DNA from: an uncultured delta proteobacterium
GTDB taxonomy: Bacteria; Desulfobacterota; RBG-13-43-22
Direction of reading: 5' to 3'
DNA: 64,000 bases
Assembly: GCA_963802945.1 (NCBI GenBank)
Contig: CAWDKY010000015.1
Span: 96,001-160,000 of the forward strand
Shown here: piece after piece, positions 18,428-28,072 of the stretch
Layout of the letters: every line of letters starts with the position of its first letter
Position numbering within the stretch: position 1 is the stretch's first letter
The notes under the pieces: model-generated
Told to the model about the DNA's origin: nothing
The model's database searches: none
Seen by the model: only the letters and a program-made list of their open reading frames with translations
Program-made: the position numbers and the translations under genes

Positions 18428-18512
18428 TCTTTTCATCTTTTTTAATGGACTTTTTTGATTACCTTTAAAGTATATACCACACTAGGCCATTCCTGGATAA
18501 AAAAACCGCTGC

Positions 18513-18541
18513 TTGACTAATTCAATTGAATATTTTATAAA
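18513..18541 (+). promoter_or_regulatory. Sigma70-like promoter of selC
   Basis: TTGACT-N17-TATAAA ending 8 nt before the tRNA 5' end. Confidence 0.65.
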
Positions 18542-18549
18542 AAATTAAC

Positions 18550-18647
18550 GGAAGTGGAAAGCTCACTGGTGGGGCTCCCGGACTTCAAATCCGGTGTGCC
18601 GTCTGAAGAGGGCGGCAGGTGGGTTCGATTCCCATGCACTTCCGCCA
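18550..18647 (+). tRNA. selC: tRNA-Sec (anticodon UCA)
   Basis: GGAAGTG/CACTTCC acceptor, CCGGA-CTTCAAA-TCCGG anticodon arm, long variable arm, TTCGATT T-loop, encoded GCCA end; 98 nt. Confidence 0.96.
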
Positions 18648-18737
18648 ACTTTTATCTGGTTGGACTTTCTACTTTTTTTGACTTTCACGGTTTCCATCAA
18701 ATTCTGGTCTCTATCCTAACAACTATCCATTTACCCC

Positions 18738-18949
18738 AAATTGCAGGATGAATTGCTGAATCGGGAGATTTTTGAGACCTTATTTGAAGCCAAAGTACTT
18801 GTTGAGCGGTGGAAGGTAGAATATAATACACTCAGGCCACATAGTTCATTGAATTACCAGCCTCCTGCTCCAGAGGCTGTTAAGCCAGAGTGGTTAGAAA
18901 ATGCGGTTGTTCTCTCTTAAAAACTGGTACAACTTAGAGGGGCAGGTCA
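18738..18949 (+). mobile_element. IS3-family transposase remnant (OrfB C-terminus plus right end)
   Basis: KLQDELLNREIFETLFEAKVLVERWKVEYNTLRPHSSLNYQPPAPEA; terminal ...CTGGTACAAC...GGGGCAGGTCA. Confidence 0.85.
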
Positions 18950-19032
18950 CTGGATGCTTGATTCTTGATACTGGATAGTCGATGATTCTTTTTATCGGCT
19001 CGATGCTTAAGGTTTTTATCCAGCATCCAGCT
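18950..19032. repeat. Inverted array of degenerate heptamers (CTGGATG-like)
   Basis: ctggatg cttgatt cttgata ctggat ... atccagc atccagc. Confidence 0.65.
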
Positions 19033-19047
19033 TCCATTATCAGTCCT

Positions 19048-20229
19048 CTATTTTTTTCCTCGTATCCTGTCCATAGTGCCCCGAGGGACCCATAACCCTT
19101 CATGGGGACAATGTTCCAGACAACAATAACACTCAATGCACAGCTCCTGATCAAGGGTCAACAGGTGGTCGGAGAACGTCAGGGCTTGGGCCGGACAAGC
19201 CTTGACGCAGAGGCCGCATTCTTGACACTGTTCCGGGCGCCAGCGAGGTTTGGCTTCGTACAACCAGTCATAGGCCCGGCCGATCAACCAAGTTGGTATA
19301 ACCCTCTCAGCCCATTCACGTGATCTGGTAAAAGAATGTTTAAAACCAGGGACCGGAAGTTCAGACCAGTCAGCCCCCCGAAGTTCGATACGAGACGGGT
19401 CGGCGATTCCTAAGCCAGCTTTGGCAGCTCGAACAATGGTAAGGACTCTGGCCGGATTAAATCCCATGATGGAAGCAGCAGTAACATCTAAAGCCACCGG
19501 GTCAGTCGAAGCCAGAAGCCAGCCTGTTTCCCGGGCCTGACCGTGGGTTGGCCCTTGGCCTTCCATGGCGATTATCCCATCCATAAGATTTAAGGCCAGG
19601 GGAACCTTGATCTTTATCCCGCTGAAAATATCAACCAAGGCCTGGGACATGGCCGGGCCACTGAAGGCAATCCTATGAACGGCTCGTTTGAGCGAACCGG
19701 GCAGTAAGCCCAAACAATTTTTAATCGCCCCGGTGATCCCGGTCAGGATATGCGTTTTCATCTTGGGCAGATTGACAATGGCATCAACCTGCTCCAAAAG
19801 GTCCGTGGCCATGAATTTAGGCAATATCTGGCCTTCCGGGCTTTGGAGTTCGATAAATCGGAGTTCCTCAAGATTGACTAACTCAGCCTTAAGGCAAATT
19901 GCCGCCTGATCCAGTCCCATGAGGGTATAGGCCCGTTTGGTCATGCCGTAAGATCCCATTCCACAGGAATCGGCGATAACTAGGTTGGTTTGATGACGGT
20001 TACGCAGGTAATGTCCGACTGCCTCAATCACCTCAACCCGGGTATTGACCGGCTGATCAGGACCATGGTCGGCCGATAGGCAATTGGGTTTAAGCAGGAC
20101 CCGGGCGCCGTTGGACAAAGGGAGGGGTTCCAGGGCGGATAAAATTTTTTCCACCGCCCTGGTCAGATGGGTTGGTTGATAATCCGGACAGCGGCAGACA
20201 CTGACCCGGCTGGAATATTCAGTCATCAA
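19048..20229 (-). CDS. DUF362 domain protein with C-terminal 4Fe-4S dicluster
   Basis: VLLKPN, NLPKMKTH, TGAIKN, DGIIAMEGQGP, DPVALD; CQECGLCVKACP and CIECYCCLEHCP. Confidence 0.9.
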   Translation of the reverse strand: MMTEYSSRVSVCRCPDYQPTHLTRAVEKILSALEPLPLSNGARVLLKPNCLSADHGPDQPVNTRVEVIEAVGHYLRNRHQTNLVIADSCGMGSYGMTKRAYTLMGLDQAAICLKAELVNLEELRFIELQSPEGQILPKFMATDLLEQVDAIVNLPKMKTHILTGITGAIKNCLGLLPGSLKRAVHRIAFSGPAMSQALVDIFSGIKIKVPLALNLMDGIIAMEGQGPTHGQARETGWLLASTDPVALDVTAASIMGFNPARVLTIVRAAKAGLGIADPSRIELRGADWSELPVPGFKHSFTRSREWAERVIPTWLIGRAYDWLYEAKPRWRPEQCQECGLCVKACPAQALTFSDHLLTLDQELCIECYCCLEHCPHEGLWVPRGTMDRIRGKK

Positions 20230-20243
20230 ATTTATTTTATGGG

Positions 20244-20870
20244 TTATGTTTGAACCGGTTGAGAGACAACGCTCTCCATAGACGGGAGACCTTCTCCCGC
20301 CTTCAGATCATCATAAAACCGCGCTAACGTAGTTTGCAAATAAGGCATGATCCACAGGAAGCCTATTCCCAGGCTTAGGATTCCCAACAGGAACCAGCCA
20401 AAGAATCTCCAGCAAAGACAAAACAACTTCCAACGGTTTCCTTTCATCATGGCCTTGCTTTTTTTCAGGGCATCCGACCCGGCCATCTGAGGGTTCTCAG
20501 CCAATATGAAAAAGGTCTGGGAATAAGACAAGGCGGCGACAATGCCGGGAATAACCAGCAGGATGGTCCAGAGTAAAATAAATAAGATCATCAAAAGATA
20601 GGCCACCAGGGCCTGGGTAAGACGCTGGAAACCGTCAAATAACTGGGAGAGTTGGGCATCTTGTTTTCGGGAAAGGGACAGAAAAAAAATGGACATTCCT
20701 AAAACTAAAGGACCGTTGATGATCAGGCTTCCAATCCAACCCACTTTTGGGATAGCTGAAATCAGGACGGCAAGGATAAAATAGATCACACTTCCGCCGA
20801 TAGCCAATCCCCAACGCCCTTTCAGGGCCTCTCTGGCCTGTCGCATCAAATCGCGATTCGTGGTTTCCAT
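20244..20870 (-). CDS. DUF975 family membrane protein
   Basis: AREALKGRW, LWTILLVIPGIV..LSYSQ, MKGNRWKLF. Confidence 0.85.
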   Translation of the reverse strand: METTNRDLMRQAREALKGRWGLAIGGSVIYFILAVLISAIPKVGWIGSLIINGPLVLGMSIFFLSLSRKQDAQLSQLFDGFQRLTQALVAYLLMILFILLWTILLVIPGIVAALSYSQTFFILAENPQMAGSDALKKSKAMMKGNRWKLFCLCWRFFGWFLLGILSLGIGFLWIMPYLQTTLARFYDDLKAGEGLPSMESVVSQPVQT

Positions 20871-20904
20871 AGAACACCTCCTTGTTATTATTTCCCGCAG
20901 ATTT

Positions 20905-21662
20905 TCAGATTATACTAAATTTCCAGGCACAAAACCAGTTCTCCGGGTGGTGATCCGGAGGACAGCCGAGACATTCGGTTTTGATCCGACGGTCAATCGT
21001 CGAAGCAAAAAAGGGATATTCGACCAGACCTGCAGATTTGCAGGGATAATCGGGCAATCCTTTCCGTTTTCTGGCCGATTGGACGCGGCAGTCGTTCATC
21101 TGAAATACAAATTGGGTCTTATCTATTTCTTCAATGGATTGTCTATTGATTTGGGCATACATGCGAAACCCGAGGGCGGTTTTTAGTCCTTCCAACCCCG
21201 GAGATTCAGGTAAACCCAGGAGTTTTTTGATCCTCCAGGCTTCGTAAGGGGAAAAACGGGACCAGCAGGTGTCGTTACAGCGTTTGGCATAGTCCATCCC
21301 ATATTGGTTTTCCACGGTTTGAAACCAGACTCCGTCATTGGCCAGCCAGTTGACTGCTGTGGTCTCAATGGCCTCAATCAGTTTTTCTTTGCTCAAGCCG
21401 ACTTCAAGGCCCGGGGAACCCCATTTTCGATTTCGAAACCGAAGAGACCGGCCATACGCTTTAGTATGATTGGCCAAGCCAGATCCCCGGCTTCCCCTTC
21501 AATTTCGGTGGCCTTTTCAATGCCAAGCTGATATTCCACTTCTCGAAACCAGCAGCCGTAATGGATCAAGGTCCTGCGAAATCCTTCCATGAGCCATTGG
21601 ACCAGTTCAGCTTGAGATAGATCTTCTATTCTCTGGGGAAAATGATGTTCAGACATTATCAT
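20905..21662 (-). CDS. DUF6125 family protein, frameshifted near 21398
   Basis: ORFs 21393-21662 (HYGCWFREVE) and 20905-21477 (NWLANDGVWFQ...CRVQSAR...C..CPPD) join at PRALKS/LSKEKL. Confidence 0.8.
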
Positions 21663-21671
21663 TCCTTCTTT

Positions 21672-22223
21672 TTAAAAGAGATGCTCCTTGAGAGCCGAGG
21701 GAGAAAAAGGAAGAAGTCGAAAAATCCTTTTTTCTACCTTCAAGGTGTCTTGATATAAGGCTTCGATGCGCTGTACGGCCTCTTGGGAACGCCCATAGGT
21801 CTCCACCAGATACGCAAAACGTTCTTCTAAATCGACTAGTTCTTCGTGGCGGACCCGTTTATCGGCATAATGAACAATGACCACCTCGTCCAGGCAACCA
21901 TTTTGGAAATACTTATCTTCCAGGAGGACATGCTGGGCCACGATTGGGGCCAACGAATAAAAACCCATGGCTTTGACCTTTTCTTCACCGACCAGGGCAT
22001 GATTGCCCCGAGTCTTAAGGCATTCGGTTTTAGCAATGTCATGGAGTAAAGCACCGGCCTCAACCAGATCCATATTCAATCCCGGGAAATGAACCATCAA
22101 ATTTTTCCCAAGACAAAGGGCTATCCGGGCAACTTGAAGGCTGTGGGCCTTGATATTCGGGAGCATGCCGTGCTGTTCCATCAGGGATAAGCAGATCTCG
22201 CGAGTGGGTATATTATCATTCAT
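21672..22223 (-). CDS. HD (HDIG-type) domain metal-dependent hydrolase
   Basis: HSLQV, LLHDIAK, HYADKRV. Confidence 0.88.
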   Translation of the reverse strand: MNDNIPTREICLSLMEQHGMLPNIKAHSLQVARIALCLGKNLMVHFPGLNMDLVEAGALLHDIAKTECLKTRGNHALVGEEKVKAMGFYSLAPIVAQHVLLEDKYFQNGCLDEVVIVHYADKRVRHEELVDLEERFAYLVETYGRSQEAVQRIEALYQDTLKVEKRIFRLLPFSPSALKEHLF

Positions 22224-22227
22224 TGTA

Positions 22228-22277
22228 TTAAGCCCTCATGTCTCGCATGCGCTGGGGCGCCACGAAACATAATAATG
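22228..22277. repeat. About 48-bp palindromic dispersed repeat, copy 2
   Basis: ttaagccctcatgtctcgcatgcgctggggcgccacgaaacataataatg aligns with 7702-7749. Confidence 0.65.
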
Positions 22278-22298
22278 TTCCTTTACCGGGAAATGGGT

Positions 22299-22377
22299 CG
22301 TCTTTCCGGCGAAAGCCGGAATCCAGGTTTTTTAAATCGTCAAAAGTCCTGGATGCCGGATCAAGTCCGGCATGACA
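22299..22377. repeat. REP-like double hairpin element
   Basis: CGTCTTTCCGGCGAAAGCCGGAATCCAG...CTGGATGCCGGATCAAGTCCGGCATGACA; same core as 18329-18408. Confidence 0.8.
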
Positions 22378-22479
22378 GTAAACAAATCAATCAAAATTTT
22401 AGTCCGGTTTTTTTTCGTATTAAACCAGCATATACGCTTAAGCAGATAAAAAAATATGAAAACAAATATCTCCGAACTC

Positions 22480-24434
22480 TCATTTTTTAAGCTCCGGAAG
22501 ATTTTTATACAAATCCAAGGCCTCGGGATTGGCCAGGGCGTCTTTGTTCAAAACGGGTTTGCCATGAATCACATTCCTAACCGCCAGCTCTACCTTTTTC
22601 ATGTTGATGGTATAAGGGATATCAATTACCGGAATGATCTTGGCCGGGACATGGCGGGGGGAAGTGTTTTCCCGGATTATTTTTTTGATCTTGTTCACCA
22701 GGGTATCGTCCAACTGCACCCCTTCAGCCGTTTTTACAAAAAGGATAATCCGCACATCACTGTCCCAATCCTGGCCTACGACAATGCTGTCAGCGATCTC
22801 CGGCAGGGTCTCCACCTGCCGGTAGATATCGGCCGTGCCGATGCGCACCCCGCCCGGATTAAGGGTGGCATCAGAGCGCCCATAAATGACCACCCCGCCG
22901 TTTTCAGTGATTTTGATAAAATCACCGTGACACCAGACCCCGGGAAATGTCTTGAAATAGGCGTTTAAATATTTTTCATTATCCGGATCGTTCCAAAAGT
23001 AGAGAGGCATGGAAGGAAAGGGGGCGGTGCAGACCAGTTCTCCCAGTTCGTTGATAACCGATTCCCCCCGGTCATTAAAGGCTTCAACCTTCATGCCCAG
23101 TCCGCGGCACTGGAGTTCTCCTTCATACACCGGCAGAATAGGATTTCCCAGGGCAAAACAACCGTTCAGGTCGGTGCCGCCTGAAATGGAGGCCAGTTGA
23201 ACCTCCTTTTTCACTTCCCGATAAATATAACGGAATCCCTCAACAGCCAGAGGAGAACCGGTGGAAAGCACAGCCCGCAAAGGAGTCAGGTCATAATCCG
23301 TTCCCGGTTTAATCCCTTCCTTCTCAAGGGCCGCAATGTATCGGGCACTGGTCCCGAAGACAGTGATCTTCTCATCCTGGGCCAGCTTCCAGAGGACCCC
23401 GGGATCGGGATAAAAGGGAGATCCATCGAACAGCACCACGGTGGCCCCGCAGGCCAGGGAACAGGTCAGCCAGTTCCACATCATCCAACCGCAGGTGGTG
23501 AAATAAAAGATGGTGTCCTCCCGCTTCAGGTCGGTATGGAGCATCAATTCCTTGAGCTGGTGCACCAGGATGCCGGCTACGCCCTGGACCATACATTTGG
23601 GCAGCCCGGTGGTGCCTGAGGAATACATAATGTACAGAGGATGATCGGCCGGCACCTGGACAAAATCGATTTCCAGGTCGGACTCCGGGGATATAAAGTC
23701 CTGGTAATGAGACGGCCCTGGGTATGGGGCTGATGTCCGGCTTTCCCTGGAGATAAGGCACAACAACGACCTGCTGGATGGAAGGAAGGTCTTGGACGAT
23801 ATCGGCAACCCGGCCGATGGAATCAAAGGATTTCCCGTTGTAGGAATAGCCATCGGTTGTAAAAAGGACCTTGGGTTCGATTTGTCCAAAACGATCCAGG
23901 ACACCCTTGATCCCGAAATCAGGCGAGCAGGAAGACCAGACCGCACCCAGGGAAGTGGCGGCCAGCATGGCGATGATGGTCTCCATCATATTGGGCATGA
24001 ATCCCACCACCCGGTCTCCCGTTTTGACCCCCCGACCCTTAAGAGACTTGGCCAAAGCAGCAACCCGTGAATACAACTTCTGATAGGTGATCCTTTCTGT
24101 TTCTCGGGCTTCCCCCTTAAAGATCAGGGCCGTTTGATCATCCCGATAGCGGAGTAAATTTTCCGCAAAATTAAGCCTGGCCCCTTCAAACCATTTGGCC
24201 CCAGGCATCTTGGTCAGATCATCCACTATCCGATTATAATTATGCGAGGACTTGATCTCTCCAAATTCCCACATGGCCGCCCAGAATTCCGGGATTTGAG
24301 TCACAGACCAGTCATACAGTTCCGGATAGTTTTTAAAATTTTTCCCATAATTCTGATTCACAGAATCGAATGAAACGGGTCATATTGGATTTTTGGATTA
24401 ATTCCCTGGATGGTTCCCACAATGGTTTTTTCAT
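22480..24434 (-). CDS. Acetoacetate--CoA ligase, two apparent +1 frameshifts (about 24362 and 23710)
   Basis: MKKPLWEPS start at 24434; [49 protein letters not shown]. Confidence 0.9.
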
Positions 24435-24728
24435 AATATTTTTTTCTTATTATTTATTTTATTCTGTTAATCCTGACTAAAAGCAACTTGGTTATGGAGA
24501 TTTTAATAATGGAAGGGATTTTTATCAACCTAAATCTTCATCATTTGAAAATCCTGGGAAAGGTAAAAAACATAATATTTGACTTGACAATAAGGAGAGC
24601 TTTAATGCAGCATACTTGTAAGATTTAATGGTAGACCTCATAAGGCACGTCCCCGCTAAATCAATCCAAGAGGTTAATTCATTAAAGTATAACCCTATCT
24701 TTTAAATACTTAGGAGGAACTGATAACT

Positions 24729-25928
24729 ATGGCTAAACCTGCAGGAAATCGAATGATACAAATTAACAATGGAATAATCGGACCACGCGAACCCCGAAGA
24801 AAGACGGTCAAAGTCAAGAAGACCAGTGACTATCCGGAAGTGTCTAAAGCCCTTCTTGAGGTTGCAGAACTATATGCCGACCGTAAAATGGCCGGGGGCG
24901 TTCCGATCTGTGACGAATCCATCGCCTTGATGCTGCATTTATTTACAGAGGAAGAGGCCTCAATCATGAGGTACTTGAAACCAGGAGTAAAAGAAACGGC
25001 CAAGGCAGTGGCCGAGGCCGAGCACCGGCCGGTTGAAGAAGTGAAAAAAATTCTGCACAGCCTGGCCGAGGAGAAACATATCATTGTCAGTATCGGTTCG
25101 GGAGAAGAAAAAGTCTATTTGGCCCTTCCTTTGCTGCCGGGTGTTTTTGAGTTTGTTTTATTCAGATCCTCAATGGATACCTTGACGGATTGGCATCGCC
25201 GCTTCTGCGAGTTGTTTGAAAAACTCTATGAGACCGGCTATTCCATAGACGTTGTGAGCAAGGCCCCTCCAGCCATTAAATATTTGCCCATCGGCCAGGT
25301 CATCGAATCCAACCCCATGGCCTTTCCGTCGGATAAACTGGAGGAGGTTTTCTCCCGGTATAAAACCTTCGGCGTAACCCTTTGCCAGTGCCGCATAGCG
25401 GAAAAAGTGGTCGGCCGCGGTTGTGAAAGACCTATGGAGGTTTGCATGTCCATGGGACCTATGGCCGAAGCGGCCATCCGCTCAGGCCGATTACGCCGTA
25501 TCGAATTGAAGGAGGCCCTGGAGATCAAGGCCGAGGCCGAGGCCAATGGCTTGGTCACCTGGATTGACAATCGTGATCCGAAATTGGGTGGGACCTCTTG
25601 TTCCTGCTGCGGGTGCTGTTGTCATTTTATGAGAAGGATATCCGAATTCAATATGCCTGGCAGGATTGCTCCTCCGCACTTTATGCCCAAGGTCGATTTT
25701 GATCAGTGTAATTTTTGCGGCAAATGCGCCCTGGCCTGTCCGATGGGGGCCATCACGGTGGATATCGTAAATAATAAGCATGTCCACGACCCCAATCGCT
25801 GTATCGGCTGTGCCCAATGTGCTGTGGCCTGTAGTAAACTCAAAGCCATCGAGATGCAAGCCGTTCCGGACTACCAGGAATTTGTTCAGAACAGTACCAG
25901 ATCATTACTGAGTTCCTCCGGGGATTAA
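24729..25928 (+). CDS. 4Fe-4S binding protein (HTH-like N-terminus, Cys-rich middle, ferredoxin C-terminus)
   Basis: CQCR...C...C, CSCCGCCCH, CNFCGKCALACP, CIGCAQCAVAC; AGGAGG RBS. Confidence 0.85.
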   Translation: MAKPAGNRMIQINNGIIGPREPRRKTVKVKKTSDYPEVSKALLEVAELYADRKMAGGVPICDESIALMLHLFTEEEASIMRYLKPGVKETAKAVAEAEHRPVEEVKKILHSLAEEKHIIVSIGSGEEKVYLALPLLPGVFEFVLFRSSMDTLTDWHRRFCELFEKLYETGYSIDVVSKAPPAIKYLPIGQVIESNPMAFPSDKLEEVFSRYKTFGVTLCQCRIAEKVVGRGCERPMEVCMSMGPMAEAAIRSGRLRRIELKEALEIKAEAEANGLVTWIDNRDPKLGGTSCSCCGCCCHFMRRISEFNMPGRIAPPHFMPKVDFDQCNFCGKCALACPMGAITVDIVNNKHVHDPNRCIGCAQCAVACSKLKAIEMQAVPDYQEFVQNSTRSLLSSSGD

Positions 25929-25972
25929 AATCAAATCAGGCGTTAACAGGACTAAGGCCTTAGGAAAACAAC

Positions 25973-26407
25973 ATGCATGAAATGTCCCTGGTCCAGAATA
26001 TCATCGACATTGTTCAACAGGAGATGGATCGTCATGGTGTAGAGAAACTTAAAGCCATCCACCTGGCCGTGGGCAGGATGTCCGCCGTGGTCCCGGAGCA
26101 GTTGACCCTTTGCTTTGAGATTCTGACCAGCAAGACAAATCTGGCCGGTACTGCCCTCAATATAAAAATGGTGCCGATAACCTATCAATGTCGAGATTGT
26201 CATCAAGAATTCACTTCGGAAGGGTTTACTTATAAATGCCCTTCCTGTAATGGAGAAAATGCGGAACTGATATTCGGTCGGGAATTGAAAATCGAATGCA
26301 TCGAGGTCATGCAGATTAAAAGTAATTTTTCATCGCAGCTGGTTCTGGGTACGTCATTCCTGGAATTTCGGGGTCTGTATCTAAACCTTTTGAGAACCTG
26401 TAATTAA
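25973..26407 (+). CDS. hypA: Nickel metallochaperone HypA (C-terminus possibly extended by a frameshift near 26310)
   Basis: MHEMS, CRDC...CPSC, GRELKIE; an out-of-frame GCA GAT TAA would give the usual ...EVAD stop. Confidence 0.9.
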   Translation: MHEMSLVQNIIDIVQQEMDRHGVEKLKAIHLAVGRMSAVVPEQLTLCFEILTSKTNLAGTALNIKMVPITYQCRDCHQEFTSEGFTYKCPSCNGENAELIFGRELKIECIEVMQIKSNFSSQLVLGTSFLEFRGLYLNLLRTCN

Positions 26408-26443
26408 GTACCTAATCATTGAAAGTGAATTTGTTAGGAGGCA

Positions 26444-27112
26444 ATGATGAAAATACCCGTGGTACGCAATGTTTTGGAAGTCAATGACCGGATCGCCGAT
26501 CAGAATCGGGAGATATTCGACCGGAACAACTTATTTGTGATCAACCTCATGTCCAGTCCTGGGGCCGGCAAGACAAGCCTCTTGGAAAAAACCATAGAAC
26601 GATTAAAAGACCGTCTGCCTATGGGGGTGATCGAAGGGGATATCCAGTGCAGCTTTGATGCCGAACGGATCGCCAAAAAAGGGATCCAGGCCATACAGAT
26701 CAACACCGATGGGGCCTGTCACCTGGACGGAAATATGATCCGGGAGGCAATGAATCAGCTCGATTTATCTGCCCTGGATCTGCTCATCGTGGAGAATGTG
26801 GGCAACCTGGTCTGCCCCGCCGAATTTAAGGTGGGGGAGAATATGAAAGCTATGCTTTTGTCCGTCACCGAAGGGGATGACAAGCCATTAAAATATCCCC
26901 TAATGTTTCAGGAAAGCCGGGTTCTTATTATCAATAAAATCGATCTGCTTCCTTATGTCGATTGCCGTGTTGATAAAATCAAGGAAGCGGTAGCACAACT
27001 GAATCGGGATATGGTTATATTTGAAGTGTCCTGCAAGACCGGTGAAGGGATTGAAGCCTGGGCGAATTGGCTGGAAGAACAGGTTAAGCGATCAAAAACA
27101 TCCAAAGGTTAA
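26444..27112 (+). CDS. hypB: Nickel-insertion GTPase HypB
   Basis: SSPGAGKT, EGD, GACHLD, ENVGNLVCPA, EGDDKPLKYP, NKID. Confidence 0.95.
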   Translation: MMKIPVVRNVLEVNDRIADQNREIFDRNNLFVINLMSSPGAGKTSLLEKTIERLKDRLPMGVIEGDIQCSFDAERIAKKGIQAIQINTDGACHLDGNMIREAMNQLDLSALDLLIVENVGNLVCPAEFKVGENMKAMLLSVTEGDDKPLKYPLMFQESRVLIINKIDLLPYVDCRVDKIKEAVAQLNRDMVIFEVSCKTGEGIEAWANWLEEQVKRSKTSKG

Positions 27113-27174
27113 GGTGGACACCGGCGTTTGAAGAGGTGATTGACTGATATTCATTTTCAATCAGGAGGTCGATT

Positions 27175-27984
27175 ATGACACTGGTGAAATTAAACCGGGT
27201 AAATCTGAATTATAAAGCGGTGGGAAAAGGTGAAGCCGTGATTTTCCTTCACGGCTTCACGGGCAGCGGGATAGATTGGGCCAACCAGATGAAGGTTGTA
27301 AAAAATAAATACCGAGGGATTGCCCTGGACTTCAGAGGCCACGGCAAGTCGGAAGCCCCAACTAAAGAAAAGGACTATTCGATTTATCTCAACTGTGAAG
27401 ATGTTTATCGGTTGATAAATCATCTTGGCATCGGACGCTGCTGCCTGGTGGGGCATTCCATGGGAGGTTTCACTGCTTTGCAGTTCGCCCTGGATCATCC
27501 TGAGATGGTCAGGGGATTGGTGCTGGTCGATACCTCCAGCGGCGAATGGGATGTCGTCCCTGGATATGCCGAATTAAGGGCCAAGCTGGACGAACTGGCC
27601 AGGACCAAGGGGCTTGAGGCCGCCTTTGCCTATGATGCCGCCAACAACCCTATTCGAATTCAAAGATTTCAAAAAGAACCCGAACAGCGGGAAATAGCCC
27701 GGCAGAAAACAATGAATACCTCAGTGGATGGCTATATATACGTTCCAAGGTCTTTTGGAAAATGGCAGCCGGTAACTTCGAGGCTGGGTGAAATCAAGGT
27801 GCCGACCATCATCTTCCGTGGAGAGGAGGACTTGGGCTTTGTACGGGCGTCCCAAATCTTGAAGGAATCCATCAAAGGGGCTGAACTGGTTGTTATCGCA
27901 GGGGCCTATCACAATCCCCATGAAGAATCTCCTGCCTTCTTCAATGAAAACTTCTTGAAATTTCTATCTGGAATAAAGTGGTAG
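27175..27984 (+). CDS. Alpha/beta fold hydrolase
   Basis: HGFTG, DFRGHG, GHSMGG nucleophile elbow, catalytic D and H. Confidence 0.92.
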   Translation: MTLVKLNRVNLNYKAVGKGEAVIFLHGFTGSGIDWANQMKVVKNKYRGIALDFRGHGKSEAPTKEKDYSIYLNCEDVYRLINHLGIGRCCLVGHSMGGFTALQFALDHPEMVRGLVLVDTSSGEWDVVPGYAELRAKLDELARTKGLEAAFAYDAANNPIRIQRFQKEPEQREIARQKTMNTSVDGYIYVPRSFGKWQPVTSRLGEIKVPTIIFRGEEDLGFVRASQILKESIKGAELVVIAGAYHNPHEESPAFFNENFLKFLSGIKW

Positions 27985-28035
27985 TTGTTCTTTTTGAATA
28001 GTTTTAATCAAGGAGCAACACGGAAAACCGGAATT

Positions 28036-28063
28036 GGAGCGAGGCTGATATCGGCCCCGCTCC
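28036..28063. terminator. Hairpin between convergent genes
   Basis: GGAGCGAGGCTGA-TA-TCGGCCCCGCTCC stem-loop. Confidence 0.55.
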
Positions 28064-28072
28064 GCTGTTATT

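Noticed and set aside
18554-18751. 65-aa ORF in the track
   Set aside because: It overlaps tRNA-Sec and is spurious.
21393-21395. TGA ending the N-terminal half of DUF6125 as possible Sec
   Set aside because: The C-terminal half is in a different frame, so this is a frameshift rather than readthrough.
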